Source: Mytilus edulis
Lineage: Eukaryota
Reading direction: 5' to 3'
Assembly: GCF_963676685.1 (NCBI RefSeq)
Contig: NC_092345.1
Coordinates: 44,516,001-44,580,000 of the forward strand
Length of the DNA stretch: 64,000 bases
The position numbers and the translations under genes are program-made. The notes under the pieces were generated by a model. The model saw only the letters and a list, made by a program, of their open reading frames with translations, made no database searches and had not been told where the DNA came from. Shown in pieces: positions 50,145-63,746 of the stretch (position 1 is the first letter of the stretch; each line of letters opens with the position of its first letter).

Positions 50145-50418
50145 TATTAGTGCAAAGACTTGCTCATTTAGGACAAATAATAAAATACCTAACTTATTCA
50201 CCAAAATGATAAGAAAAGATATATATGATCTGACATATTAGTGCAAAGACTTGCTCATTTAGGACAAATAATAAAATACCTAACTTATTCATCAAAATGA
50301 TAAGAAAAGATATATATGATCTGACATATTAGTGCAAAGACTTGCTCATTTAGGACAAATAATAAAATACCTAACTTATTCACCAAAATGATAAGAAATG
50401 ATATATATGATCTAACAT
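50145..50418. repeat. 91-bp tandem repeat x3
   Basis: near-identical units starting at 50145, 50236 and 50327. Confidence 0.95.
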
Positions 50419-51251
50419 ACCAATGTAACGTATCAAACGTTAATTGAAGCAAGTAATAGTAATAAGATTAATGATAGGTACAATGTAAAACAGTTTTTAA
50501 GATATGTCAAAGCTGAATACTTTCTAACAGCCAGCACAGGCTAACCTTTTCTACAGGCTAAACATGTTCATTAGATTAACATGTTTTCAATATCTACACT
50601 AATATTTAACCTGCAGTATTGTACGAACAACATAGCATTCAATATGGCAATATGCAATAAAGTCAAAAAAGTTCAACGGAATGTCTTCTTTCTCTATGCA
50701 AAGTAAAATCACAATAATACTGAACTCTGAGGCAAATTCAAAGAGGCAATTCACTAATAAATTGACAAAATCAAAAACCCAAACACGTCAAACGAATGGA
50801 CAACAACTGTCATATTCCCGACTTGGTACAGGCATTTTATTATGTAAAAAATGGTGGATTAAACCTGGAGTTAAGATAGCTACACCTCTCACTTGTATGA
50901 CAGTCGTATAAAATTCCAACCAAATAGCAACATTATTAAATAGTTTATTTCAAAACAAACTATTTATTTTGGGGTCTAAATTTGGGCAATACAGAATATT
51001 TGAAAGTATTAATATTGACCGTCTACCCTTCAAGCAAAGTTTCAGCTTTCTGAACTTAAAGACATATTGTTTATTTTTTCGTTAAACATTTGTTTCATTG
51101 TAGATACAGAAATATGGATTTAGAATCATACAACATTTCCTGTATTTCATTTGAAAATTAAATGTTCCTGTGAATTAAGGCAACACTATTTTACCGTCCG
51201 ATATTAAAATTTCAGAAGATACAAATCGAGGCAACAAAAACAATATTTAAG

Positions 51252-51602
51252 AATTGAATGCTTCTTTTTGTAAATTTATTGGGGTGTAAAAGCGTTGACC
51301 GAAGTACATTTTGTATGAAGCGCTTCCGCGCTTCATTCTAAAAATGTACGCACGGTCAACGCTTTTACAACCCTATAAAGTTACAAAAAGAAGCATTCAA
51401 TACTTATAATTACATTTTTTAGCTATGATCATGAAAACACGAATTTTATATATTTTATTATTTAATTCACCTGTGCACTTTATTGTTGGAGCACGTGTTA
51501 TCATGAGTGAAAAGTTATATTGAGCAATGGAACTGCTTACGGAATAACACGTGAACTGCTTACGGAATAACACGATAATGAAACATACATCTAATGTAAT
51601 TA
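51252..51602 (+). repeat. hairpin-plus-tail interspersed element, family 1 copy 2
   Basis: collinear with 8346-8704. Confidence 0.75.
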
Positions 51603-54600
51603 TAAGGGAATACATTCAGCTGCTAGTATTTGTTAAGAATTGTAAGTCTGATACAAATTATAAGTTATTGTAAGTCACATACAAATTATTAATTGTTATT
51701 AACCTTCAATTAATGAAATGTTAGACAGATTCAAATTAATTCTTTTTCATTGCGGATATCTCTCGGTTCAATATTGGGCGATGAAAAACATTTTATTTGT
51801 ACAGCTATTATGAATATGTGTAGAGGAAGATATACGATAGGGGCAGTATTTTGTCTCTGCAATTAAAAAAAAATATAGCAAAATTTGGGAAAATATATTT
51901 GTGAATCAAGGATTTGCCCATAACGACGATATTTCAAAGCATCTCTGAAAATTTTTCTTACAGCAAAATATTTTTTGGAGTCGGGCTTTTGTAATAAGAA
52001 GTTTTTAAAAAAAATGAGGCTATTTTGCAGTGCTTGTGGTTTCGCATTAAATGCAAGTACCTTGGATCAGAAACAAATTTTTGAGATATAATTAAACATA
52101 CGAAATATTGATTTTCAACAGACAAATGTTTTATGAACATATTGCTGTTGTTAAATCAAAGGTTTGTAATTTTTTTTTTATTTTGGAATTCGAGAGAATA
52201 ATAATCTTCGATCTCCTTTTCAAACTATTCAAAACATTCTTAGAAAACATATATGAAAACATATATGATGATTTAGTATGATCTCCAAAGAGATAACATT
52301 TACCAGAGGCACCGATGAAAGCAACTATGGTTCAATGGGCAGCCTTGTACAACATCTATACCACATTGTAAGGTACGAAAGACTCAACAACTCTTTGGTT
52401 GTGGTCATTTGAATCCTACGAATAGAAGACCGGATATCGCCCGCACTTTGTTATAGTCAATGGGCAATTTAATGACTTAATTCATTGAGCAAAAAAAGAA
52501 AAAAAAACTATGAAAAATCTGAAAAGACATACTAGTCAATACCGTAAAAACAATGAATTGAAATCATGTGAACATTGTTTTTCAAGAGGAATAACGTTTT
52601 TACATTTTCAATATTCTTAAACTAGGTCAATATGAAATTCCTGCATCTACCAACGAAATCTACATCCAAAAAGATATTCATCAAGTTAACACATTTGAAA
52701 CTGACATTAACATTTCAGCTGGAACATAATATATTGACAGCATACTATTCCTAGATTGTAATGGGTATTTTAAAACAAATTAAGCAATCAATGTGGGCTT
52801 CGCATGATGCCATGTTCTATATAAGGACCATTTGATATTAAAAGCGCTAATAGCACTTTCATGTGTTATAATAAACTGCAGTGTAAGGTGAAAAGTTCAG
52901 ATACTTCGAGAGCTTTGCTTTTTGTCCTTTTTTTTAAGGAACCAGTCATTATTTATCGGGGGGGACTGTATATTTGAAATGAGCAAATATAATTGACCCC
53001 CACTTTTAACATGTGTAAACACAAAATCCCCCCCCCCTTTCTTTCAACTACATAAACACTTTTGACCCCCCTCTTTTCTGATTATAATTGAAAGGTTTCA
53101 AATTATTTAACCTTCATAATAATTATTTTTATGTTGCTAATATTCATATCAACAGGTAAAATAGGTCAAAGGAAATGAAAATCAGGTATTTAATAAACAT
53201 ACACAGAAATGCATTGGGCATGTTGAGGACAACAAACAACAAATAGAAGGATACCTTGTTGTAAAAGAGGGACGAAAAATACCAGAGAGACAGTTAAACT
53301 CTTAGATGTAACTTTGACAGCATTTATATTAAAATATTTTAAAACTAGATAACTATATAATAAAAACGGACAATCTTAGTTAAACACACAGTTCTCTAAA
53401 AAATATATTGTCATTCAGCTGGGACAAATAGATAAAGAAAGATGAGTCAAAGAAAAAATAATGAAAAAGACACGTTATATATTTCATGAATTCGAAGCGC
53501 TTTTCCAGTTTTACCTTACCTTCATCGAATACGCTTAAAGGATTTTTTTTTTACATGACATAGATGTTAAATTTATTTTTCAATGTCTTTGTCTTCCTAA
53601 ACGTGTTTTTTTATGATTTTTTTTCTTGCCAGCCACTTTGTTAATTGTAGGTTACATGTAATAATTTTCTCATCTCCACAATCTTATTACAAAGATGTTA
53701 TCATGGAATCTTAAAGATGGATAATTTTTAATTTTCAAATAACGTCTCTTATTTTCTGAAAATTTCTATATTGTAAGATGTACGTTTCAAAGGGTGGCGA
53801 AATCCACAACTGTGTTTTAAAGAGTTTAAGTAGTTGATTATTTCTATAAATAGTTGCTCAATCTTCGAAAAGTCTGTTTACCATTGTCACAAGAATGTAA
53901 CTGTCTCCTCAATAGTTTTGTTCGTTTATGATAGAATTTTGTCGAAACTTCTAGGTTATATTAGACTTTAAGGTTATAATCTTGGACTGTGATGAAGGTT
54001 TGTTTTCCACTAGAAATAATACAAACTAAGCAATATTTGGATAACGTTAGCCTGTGTCCGAACCTCATAGGGGAGCGAGAATCATCAACAACACTACACT
54101 ATGGAACAATGGTAAGGATTTATATAGCTTTCAAAGTTGTGGTACTTCCTTATCATAAGAGATCATAACATACTTTTTTAGACATTAAATTTCCCTTAAA
54201 AAAACTATTTTATTTTGAATTCGACTCTTCCATTTGTTTTCACTGGTGATTCATACAAACGAAAGTGAAATTAACCGTATCGCTTTATTATAAAGCCTTA
54301 AATTACCAGCTACTACCATATGATATAGGTCAAATACCGACTTAATTTTACAAAATGAAAAGAAACAACTAATGTGTGTGACCTGATACACCTATGTATC
54401 GTGTTTAAACATTACGTAAATTATCAAATATCAAACATATTGTTTAAAGCACTAAACACATTTTTCAAAGCACTAAAACATTTTCAAAAGCACCGAACAC
54501 ATTACATAGAAATTTCATCACTATATCGAGTGTGATACGATATTTATCTACTCGAGATAGTTAAATTTTTTAATTTAAAATTAGACGATCGCCGAGCCTT

Positions 54601-56550
54601 TTAAATAATTTAAATTTAACTGTAGATGGTGGATAAATATCGTAATGACACGATTTGGTGGTGGAATCTGTATCTCTTATGATTTTTAAACGATATGGAA
54701 ACACACTCAATCCTTCGTTCCAAATGATCTGATGAAAAGATGTTTTCTAAGAATGTTTTAAATAGTTTGAAAAGGAGATCGACGATTATTATTCTCTCGA
54801 ATTCCAAAATAAAAAAATATTACAAACCTTTGATTTAACAACAGCAATATGTTCATAAAACATTTGATCAATGCAAATATGTAGATATTGATAGATTGTA
54901 GGATCGTGAATATGCATATGGGTACAATATATATTAATACCAATCAAAACAATATTCAAAGATCTAATAATCATTCTAAACGGTGCACATATATTTCATC
55001 TACAACAACCTTTAAAGTCGCCCCTCTCTATATTGTCCAAAATAAACTTACAATGCTCGCCACGTCTTACTTCAGATCTATGAGTATACTATAAATGTGT
55101 TTTAGAGGAGAAATTTGACAACGCTTAGAAGTGGTTAATGTACGTAAATCTGAAGTTCTCTGAAACACTCTGAAGTTAACAAAATGAGATTAAAAGTGGG
55201 ACACTTTAAATTAATTTCAGACCAAGTTATTTGTTGCCGAGGAAACATTGGAACAGCGTTTCTCATTTTCTGAGTGTTTAAAACCTTCTACATTGCTCAA
55301 CGACGCAAACGAACTGTGTGGTCAAAGATAATTCTCAGGACATATTTATAGTACAAAAACATTGCAACTGTATTCCAGCGCTCAATAGTAAAATATCAAA
55401 ATATTTCGGCGATATTCTTGTTATTTAAAGTTCATAGTTAAATTAACAATTTTTTAAAGAGAAAATTAAATTGATGGAAGTTAAGTTCCGTATGTACTCA
55501 TGTCAGGTTAGGATTTGTTGTCAGATATTCCCCAACGTACAGGGTAAAATATTTGTCGCATACCACCCACTTTTCTTTTCATAGAAGACTTTAACAGGTA
55601 ATAAAATGTCATTATCAAATATAAGCAGACTCTAATTAAGACCCAAACAACGACCATGCTGAATATAAGGTTATTGTTTGAGTCAACTTATCCCCGCCTT
55701 TAAAAACAAACCAGATATCCCGAAATGGAGTTCATAACCTATCAATATTTTATATAATATGATATTTGTTCCTTAACTTATGCTCTTCTGACTTATAGTA
55801 TTACATGTAGTTATATATTGTAGATAATTTTAATATCAACTTTCTGACAGTTTTTATTAGGGTAGTGGTTGTGAAGTGAATGTTGTTGTTTTTTTAAATA
55901 CGTCATTTTGGTCATTTGAACGTGTTAATGTAATGACAAATTTGCGTAAGCGTGTTTAAATGTTTTTGGTATGATCTAAACAAAATTGGGTTTTTTAACA
56001 ATAAGCGCGCTTTGGTACAATGAGACATTGTGTTTGTTATTCCTGAATCGTGGAAGATGACAGTTGAAAAGTTAAAGTCCTCTGAATCGTGGAAGATGAC
56101 AGATGAAAAGTTAAGTCCTCACGTTTGTCAAGGACTCTAGTTTGAACTGATTCTCCGTTTTGAGGAAAATCTAGTAAATATGCCGACGATTGTGGAAACG
56201 TATCGATTGAAGTTTTGAAAGAAGCATTTGATTATCAAGCCGGGAAATATCCAGAGATGACTGAGTATGCATATATATATGAGTATTTGACGGCTAAATC
56301 ACACAAAATAAATTCTTGAATGCATTTTGTATCTATGATTTTTATACGTGAAGGGAAAAACATGGTTTAAGGACGATTTCGCTAATTTGTTTCATTAAAA
56401 AATCGTGAAAATTGTGATATTTTTGAAACTATTCAAAATTTAACTTTATAACTGTAATAACACGCTATTTTGATTTACCACGCTGATTTTCGGTTAATGG
56501 TATTCTAATGTCATGGATAAGCGTGTTAAATGTGTGGGATATTTGTCTTA

Positions 56551-59500
56551 TTTGAAAGTGTTAACATTGTTTCTTGTTTAATTCAGTGTTTAAAAGTATA
56601 ATGAAATTGACCTTTTCTTCCTTGGTGCAATCATTATTTATTCTTTACTTGAAGACTAAAAAAACAAAACAATTGTTAATGTATATAAACATATTTTGTT
56701 TTACTGATGGGACACATTGAAAAAAAACAAACACAAAAAACTACTCTTGGGAGTATGCAATCCTTAGTGTTTGAAATAATTCAACATTTCAAATCCAGTA
56801 AAAGTAACCTTTCTTGGACGTTGGACAACCAACAGTCAATCAATACACCCTTTCTTAAATGCAAAAATAAGCTAATTAGAAAATGCAATCCCGTCTTATT
56901 TACAATATTAGATAAAATAGCATAACTTCAAACTTCCGAATAGTCATTGTCGTAAAAATCAAACATCGTCTAATGTCAACTTTATCAGAGAATTTCTTAT
57001 CTTAAAAGGGGTCAAACACATAAATATTGTAGAGTATAAAAACTAAATAGTGACGAAACATCCAAAAGTCTAAATTAAACTTTGACTGAGTAAAAAGGCG
57101 ACCAGAAGCTTTCATTAAATTTCTAAACATTTCTGTATGTGTATAGTTCTGTAAGAATTGGCACACCTCACTACCGTGAAAATCATTTGGGCCGGCTCCC
57201 TTATAGGCACGGTCAGTTATTGACATTTATACCTTTGCATAAGTAACGTGTAAAAGATTGTTTAAATTGAACAACTAATGATTAATCAATGATATGTGGT
57301 ATGCATTTGAATTAGTAAACAATTTCTCATTTGCATAGAGATGATTTGGCTCTTGATTTTAGTTCTGGTTCATTGACTTCATAGCTTTCCATTATATTAT
57401 TATTGACCACGATATGTGACATACAGGGCACTGAAAAATCTTTGCGATTAGTTTGCAAGTTTCACACCACGGGTGCCACATGTGGATCAGGATCTGCTTA
57501 CCCTCCCGGAGCACCTGAGATCACCCCAGTTTTTTGTGGGATTCGTGTTGCTTAGTCTTTAGTTTTCTATGTTGTGTACTATTATTTTTCTGTTTGTCTT
57601 TTTCTTTTTTAAGCCATGACATTGTCAGTTATTTGTCGTTCTATGAGTTTGACTGTCCCTTTGGTATCTTTTGCCCCCTCTTTTGCAAAAGTGTAAGCAT
57701 GTCTTCTCTATTGAATTATGAAAATAAACAGATAGACCATGATTACCAATGAGACATCGCTACCTAACATAGACCAAAAGGACCAACAGTACAGGCCTTC
57801 GTATGACCATTACAAAAGGAGTAATACCTACTTGTAGCATATTCGATCCGTCCTATTCCTAACAAATAGATAATACAACAGATAGTTATTAGGATAACAG
57901 CAGGGCTACTTTATGGACATCCACATAATATCATGCATCTTGAAAATAACAGTTTATAGACATTTTTGTTAATATCTGAATAATTTTCGTGCGTTTTTTT
58001 TTCAAACTATAATTTGTTTCTTCATAAAACAAAATATGTGTACCTACATTACTAGTAACTACATGTATTGTTTTTAATGTGAAAAAGTAGGGTTTATTCT
58101 TACAATATGTCTTTAAGTTAAGAATGGAAAAATCTTGCATAAAGGGTGGAAATGTCAATTTTATTATAATTTTGCACAATGAATAAAACTTGAAACAATG
58201 ATAACACTTTCAAATTTGACATATCTCCCACTTTTAACAGTTTTCAACATGAAATTTCACTGAAAAAAATCGTGTAAATACAAGACAGCTGGACTGTTAT
58301 TACAGTTAAACAGATGACCTGTTTTTAACTTTGAATAGATTTGACGGTTTCTCAAAATGAGACAAAGTTAGAACATAAACTGAGAAGATGTATATAGCTT
58401 GCCTTAACCGTATTTCGGAATTTTCTGTTTTAATGCTTTTAATTTAATACTTGGTGTTTGACTTCAAATGGTTTGAAAGTGTTAACATTGTTTCTTGTTT
58501 AATTCAGTGTGTAAAAGTATAATGAAATTGACTTTCTTCTTGGTGCAATCATAATTATTCTTTACTAGAAGACTAAAAAAAAAACAATTGTTTATGTATA
58601 TAAACATATTTTGTTTTACTGATGGGACACATTGAAAAAAAAAAACCACACAAAAAACTACTCTTGGGAGTATGAAATCCTTAGTGTTTGAAATAATTCA
58701 ACATTTCAAATCCAGTAAAAGTAACCTTTTTTTTGACGTAGGACAACCAACAGTCAATCAATACATCCTTTCTTAAATGCAAAAATAAGCTAATTATAAA
58801 ATGCAATCCCGTCTTAATTACAATATAAGATAAAATAGCATTACTTCAAACTTCCGAATAGTCATTGTCGTAAAAATCAAACATCGTCTAATGTCAACTT
58901 TATCAGAGAATTTCTGATCTTAAAAGAGTCAAATACATAAATATTGTAGAGTATAAAAACTAAATAGTGACGAAACATCCAAATTAAACTTTGACTGAGT
59001 AATAAGGTGGCCAGAAGCTTTCATTAAATTTCTAAACATTTCTGTAGGTGTATAGTTCTGTAAGAATTGGCACACCTCACTACCGTGAAAATCATTCGGG
59101 CCGGCTTCCTTATAGGCACGGTCAGTTATTGACATTTATACCTTTGCATAAGTAACGTGTAAAAGATTGTTTAAATTGAACAACTAATGATTAATCAATG
59201 ATATGTGGTATGCATTTGAATCAGCAAACAATTTCTCATTTGCATAGAGATGATTTGGCTCTCGATTAAGGTTCTGGTTCATTGACTTCATAGCTTTCCA
59301 TTATATTGACCCCAATATGTGAGGCACTGCAAAATCTTTGCGATTAGTTTGCCAGTTTCACACCACAGATGCCACATGTGGAACACGATCTGCTTATCCT
59401 TCCAAAGCACCTGAAATCACCACCAGTTTTTAATGGGGTTCGTGCTGCTTAGTCTTTAGTTTTCTGTGTTGTGTTTTATTATTTTTCTGTTTGTCTTTTT

Positions 59501-60177
59501 CTTTTTTAAGCCATGACGTTGTCAGTTATTTGTCGATCTATGAGTTTGACTGTCCCTTTGGTATCTTTTGCCCCCTCTTTTGCAAAAGTGTGAGCATGTC
59601 TTCTCTATTGATTTATGAAAAAAAAAACAGATAGACCATGATTACCAATGATACATTGCTATCCAACAAAGACCAAAAGAATCAGGAGTACAGGCGTTCG
59701 TATGACCATTACAACAGGAGTAATACCTACTTGTAGCACATTCGATCTGTCCTATTCCTAACAAAACGGTAATACAACAGATAGTTATTAGAATAACAGG
59801 GCTACTTCATGGACATCTACATAATATCAAGCATCTTGATAATGTGATAATGTCAGTTTATAGACAATTTTGTCAATTTCGGATTAATTTTGCGCTTCAA
59901 ATTTGACATATCTCCCACATTTAACAGTTTTAAACATGCCATTTAAATGAAAATCAGCTTGTTAATACGAGACAGCTTGACTGTTATTACAGTTGAATAG
60001 CAGACCTGTTTTTAACTTCTAATAGTTGGAAAAACGTCATATTTTTGTCCGTTTTTTAAATGAGACCAATCTAGGTGATAAACTATGAAGGTGTATAATA
60101 TAGATTGCCTTAACCGTATTTAGGATTTTTCAGTTTTAATGCTTTTCGATTTCATACTTGGTTTTGACTTCAAAGGG
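56551..60177. repeat. tandem duplication (56551-58471 and 58472-60177)
   Basis: TTTGAAAGTGTTAACATTG at 56551 and 58472; duplicated ORFs at 57002 and 58929; about 0.2-kb indel. Confidence 0.92.
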
Positions 60178-60187
60178 TTTGATGCGA

Positions 60188-60231
60188 GCGCCACTGACGA
60201 GTTTTATGTATAATAAAGGCGCACTTGGTGT
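60188..60231 (+). ncRNA. decayed hammerhead, copy D
   Basis: CUGACGA retained but GAAA changed to UAAA; stems II and III disrupted. Confidence 0.6.
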
Positions 60232-60538
60232 ACTTTAAACTTATCAGCCTAATATCTTTGATGAATTTTAAAAATCGATAAATTTATTTCACGACGAACT
60301 TTCATCCTTCCCTTATATATACGGAAAACTGTGTATTAATATGTAGTTTTGCTTGAATTTCAGTCCTAATAGCACGAGAATCACTAAGTATATTCGCATG
60401 CTAGATTTATTAAAAATTCATAACTCCTAGAATTGAGGATAAAACCAAAGAAAAAGACAACGATTCGAGCAAAATACAGCCAGGAAATACCGGAGGCGGA
60501 CAATATAGACTAGTTCATCGAAATTAACGCAACAATAA

Positions 60539-60562
60539 ACACACACACACACACACACACAC
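60539..60562. repeat. (AC)n microsatellite
   Basis: direct reading. Confidence 0.9.
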
Positions 60563-61194
60563 AAGATTAACAACGGCTGGAGCTCCCTGACTGACAAGCG
60601 CCAAACTGCGGCTTGTTAAACATGTTTTGTGATACAGCAAACGTCCACCTATATCTCTAGCCAATGTGAGATAAACAAACACACAGCAATGTGCACAATA
60701 TAAAACCGTTTCAAAGAAGCGCGAGTTGATGTTTGAATAGGTAACAGAAGAATATAAGAAAAATTGCAATATCGACATAAATTAACGAAAGGACTACTAG
60801 CATTTCCTGACATGATCTAGCTCCAGACTTCAATTGAAGTGATTGAAAGATCATTACTACAACATATAGTACCTGTGTTCCACGCAATTCCTTGACAAAA
60901 GGGGTCTCTTTTTGGGCAAATTTTCCAGTAGGTGTTCTCTCTGCAGTTCTGTTTTGATTTTCTTGCTTCGTATATGTACCATTGTTGAATTTCACTTCTT
61001 TATTTATCTAAATATAAAAAACAAATAGTAATAAGCTTATTTAAATGTTTACATATACTAAATTGATTGTCGTACACTAAATAAGTGACTAGACATTTCC
61101 AGTGTTTTTGAACTCATATATTATAGTTATATGAATAAATCATATATAGGGTGAACATACTCATCATAGATACTAGGATTGAAATTGTATATTT

Positions 61195-61237
61195 GCGCCA
61201 ACGCGCGCCTCGTCTACAAAAGACTTATTAGTGACGC
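61195..61237 (-). ncRNA. decayed hammerhead, copy E
   Basis: core mutated (CUAAUAA, GAGG); stem II and flanks match copy B. Confidence 0.65.
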
Positions 61238-62273
61238 TCGAATCAAAGCAAGTTAAAAAGGTAAAAAAAAGCGTAAAGTTTAAGAGCATGAAAAAAACCC
61301 ACCAACTTATAATTCAGCAACACAACATCACACTGTAAATCATAAGTAGTAGACTTCTCCGCCTTTCCTTGTAAGATATTGACGATAACTATTTTATTTC
61401 TGACGAATTAAATCAGTTGTACAAGTTCGAGAAATTAATGATATCGAAATATCCTGATTTGTTATAACGAATTTACTCAGTGATATCGAGTTACAAAATC
61501 GACAAATCTGTGATCACTATTCTCTAAAATTCGTGATCACGAATTCAAATCATTTCATGGAGGTCCTAAATGGAATTGCTTAGTTATGGCCAAACGTTGT
61601 GGGTCTGAGGGAATGTCACTGCACAGATATAGGAAAAAAGTAAAATAACAAAAATACTGAACTCCGAGGAAAATTCAAAACGGAAAGTCCCTAATCAAAT
61701 GGCAAATTCAAATGATAAAACACACCAAACGAAAGGACAACAACTGTCATATTCTTGACTAGGTAAAGGCATTCTCAAATGTAGAAAAGGAAGATATGGT
61801 ATGAATGCCAATGAAACAACTCTCCATCCAAGTCACAATTTATAAAAGTAAACCATTATAGGTCAAGGTACGATCTTCAACACGAAGCCTTGACTCACAC
61901 AGAACAGCAAGCTATAAAGGGCCCAAAAATTACTAGTGTAAAGCTATTCAAACGGGAAAACCAACGGTCTAATCTATTTAAAAAAAACCCGATAAACGAT
62001 AAACACTTATGAACCACATCAACAAAGGACAACTACTGAACATCAGATTCCTGACTTAGGACAGGTGCAAACAATTGCAGCGGATCTTTATGGTACCAAA
62101 CCTTCACCCTTATATGAAATAATTGTGTAGCATCACAACATAGAAAGACATGTAGGTATATATGATCACTTGTAAAGAATGTATCCAAGACTTGTGTACC
62201 GAAAATTTGATAAACTAACATTACAACAGATTTTTCTGCACAAAACTGGAAACCATGTTTTACTTTCTTTATA

Positions 62274-62597
62274 TCAAGATAATCTCAAGCATAATGATAA
62301 AAATTTAAATGTGTGATACAAATTGTATTTTCTGGTCATATTATTGTCAGTAAAATAAAATGTGGTAAAAATAACTCGATTATCTTTGAAAAAATATATC
62401 ATATATAAACAATTTTCTGAAGTAGACACCTCTGTTTCTTTACTACTGATAGTTTCTCTAGTGTGGCTGGGTTGATCTGTATTTTTCGATTCGCCTTTGT
62501 GATCTTTGGTTAAACACTGCCCCTTTTTCGTATCTTTTTGTTTTATTCTATCGTCTTTGTTTGACTGTTCTATTTTTTCAACTTGAGTTGTCACATC
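62274..62597 (-). CDS. probable downstream (terminal?) exon of the same unidentified gene; charged, low complexity (DVTTQVEKIEQ...)
   Basis: tattcag|GAT phase 0, in frame with ORF 62274..62594; 3' boundary uncertain. Confidence 0.4.
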   Translation of the reverse strand, partial: DVTTQVEKIEQSNKDDRIKQKDTKKGQCLTKDHKGESKNTDQPSHTRETISSKETEVSTSENCLYMIYFFKDNRVIFTTFYFTDNNMTRKYNLYHTFKFLSLCLRLS

Positions 62598-63668
62598 CTG
62601 AATATGTAAGAAGGTACTTCATCAATATTTTAAGACGATCATTATTTTTTGTTTACATTTTAACAGCTGTTGCCGGACCCTTTTAGTTGATATAAGCACA
62701 GAAGAATAAATTCTGAGCAACCAAACTATTATGTTTTGTATTTAAAAATAGAAAACAAAACTGAATAAATTTCATGTGTTCGAAGCGATTTTCTTGCTTT
62801 AGCTCCACAAGGTATGCTCGAACCGATCTTTTGAAAGCCAAGGATGTATAGAAACCAAAACATTTGAACAGCTTTAAAACCAAAATGGACATAAAAAAAT
62901 ATAGCCAAATCCATTTCAGCTCAAATTAGCCAGAGATAATTGTAATCTTAGTTTCCTTTCAATCAATTATAGATTTATAACCAGATAAGAAAGTGCCAAG
63001 AAAGGTTTGTTCTTCATGATACCAGAACCGAAGTACCGAAGTACTGACTGCTGAGCTGATGATACGCTCGATGACTATTAGTCAACTAGCAGAATTTATA
63101 AAATATATACATATCTATTTGTAAGAAAATGAAATATTCTTTTCGTTGATTTTTTCATTAAGCATAAATCAAGCCGTTGGGTTTCTCTTGTATCTCTGGA
63201 TTTTTTTACAATTTGTCAAGCAAAGGGCGTATATAGCTTCCTATATAGAGCATACGAGTTTAGCTTTTGGTAAAGGCCATACGGAAACCTGTAATTGTTT
63301 ACATTTGGTCCGCCTTTGGTCTCTGATTCTGATAGTTGTACCATTTGCAGTCATACCACATATCCTTTTCTTGCATATTGCATTTCTAATTATGTCCAAC
63401 AATAATATTGATTCTAATTGGTACTATGGTAAAGGTTGCAACTTGCGTAGAGCACCGTCACTTCTGGTATGAAAACATACATTTTTGCTCATCATTTGTA
63501 TTATGCTGCAGATGAAAAACAAATATATTTGCTCATAATTAGTTTAATGCTACAGATGAAAAACCAAAACTTTCACTCAATATTTCTATCATGCTGCAGA
63601 AAACGGTATTATATTTAATATTCTAAAACATAAGACTATAAAAAGGGGGCATACATATGCAGACTTAC

Positions 63669-63746
63669 TCTTTGATCAGTGGTTACTTCCTCTATCAAAA
63701 TTACACTTTCTTCGTTTCTTTCTTCAGCTGGTTTATTTTTATTTTT
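63669..63746 (-). CDS. probable exon of an unidentified gene (KNKNKPAEERNEESVILIEEVTTDQR)
   Basis: tttacag|...|gtaagt, 78 nt, phase 0-0, purine-rich coding-like composition. Confidence 0.5.

Noticed and set aside
50145-50418. CRISPR-like periodicity (also 1561-1710 and 39300-39970)
   Set aside because: Contiguous tandem units without unique spacers, eukaryotic context, no cas genes
57085-57105. U5 snRNA loop-like TCGCCTTTTTACT on -
   Set aside because: No flanking U5 stems or Sm site; not conserved in the duplicate at about 59000
57002-57226. Duplicated 74-aa and 68-aa ORFs (MSITDRAYK...)
   Set aside because: Explained by the tandem duplication; a frameshifting indel separates the copies; no recognisable domain
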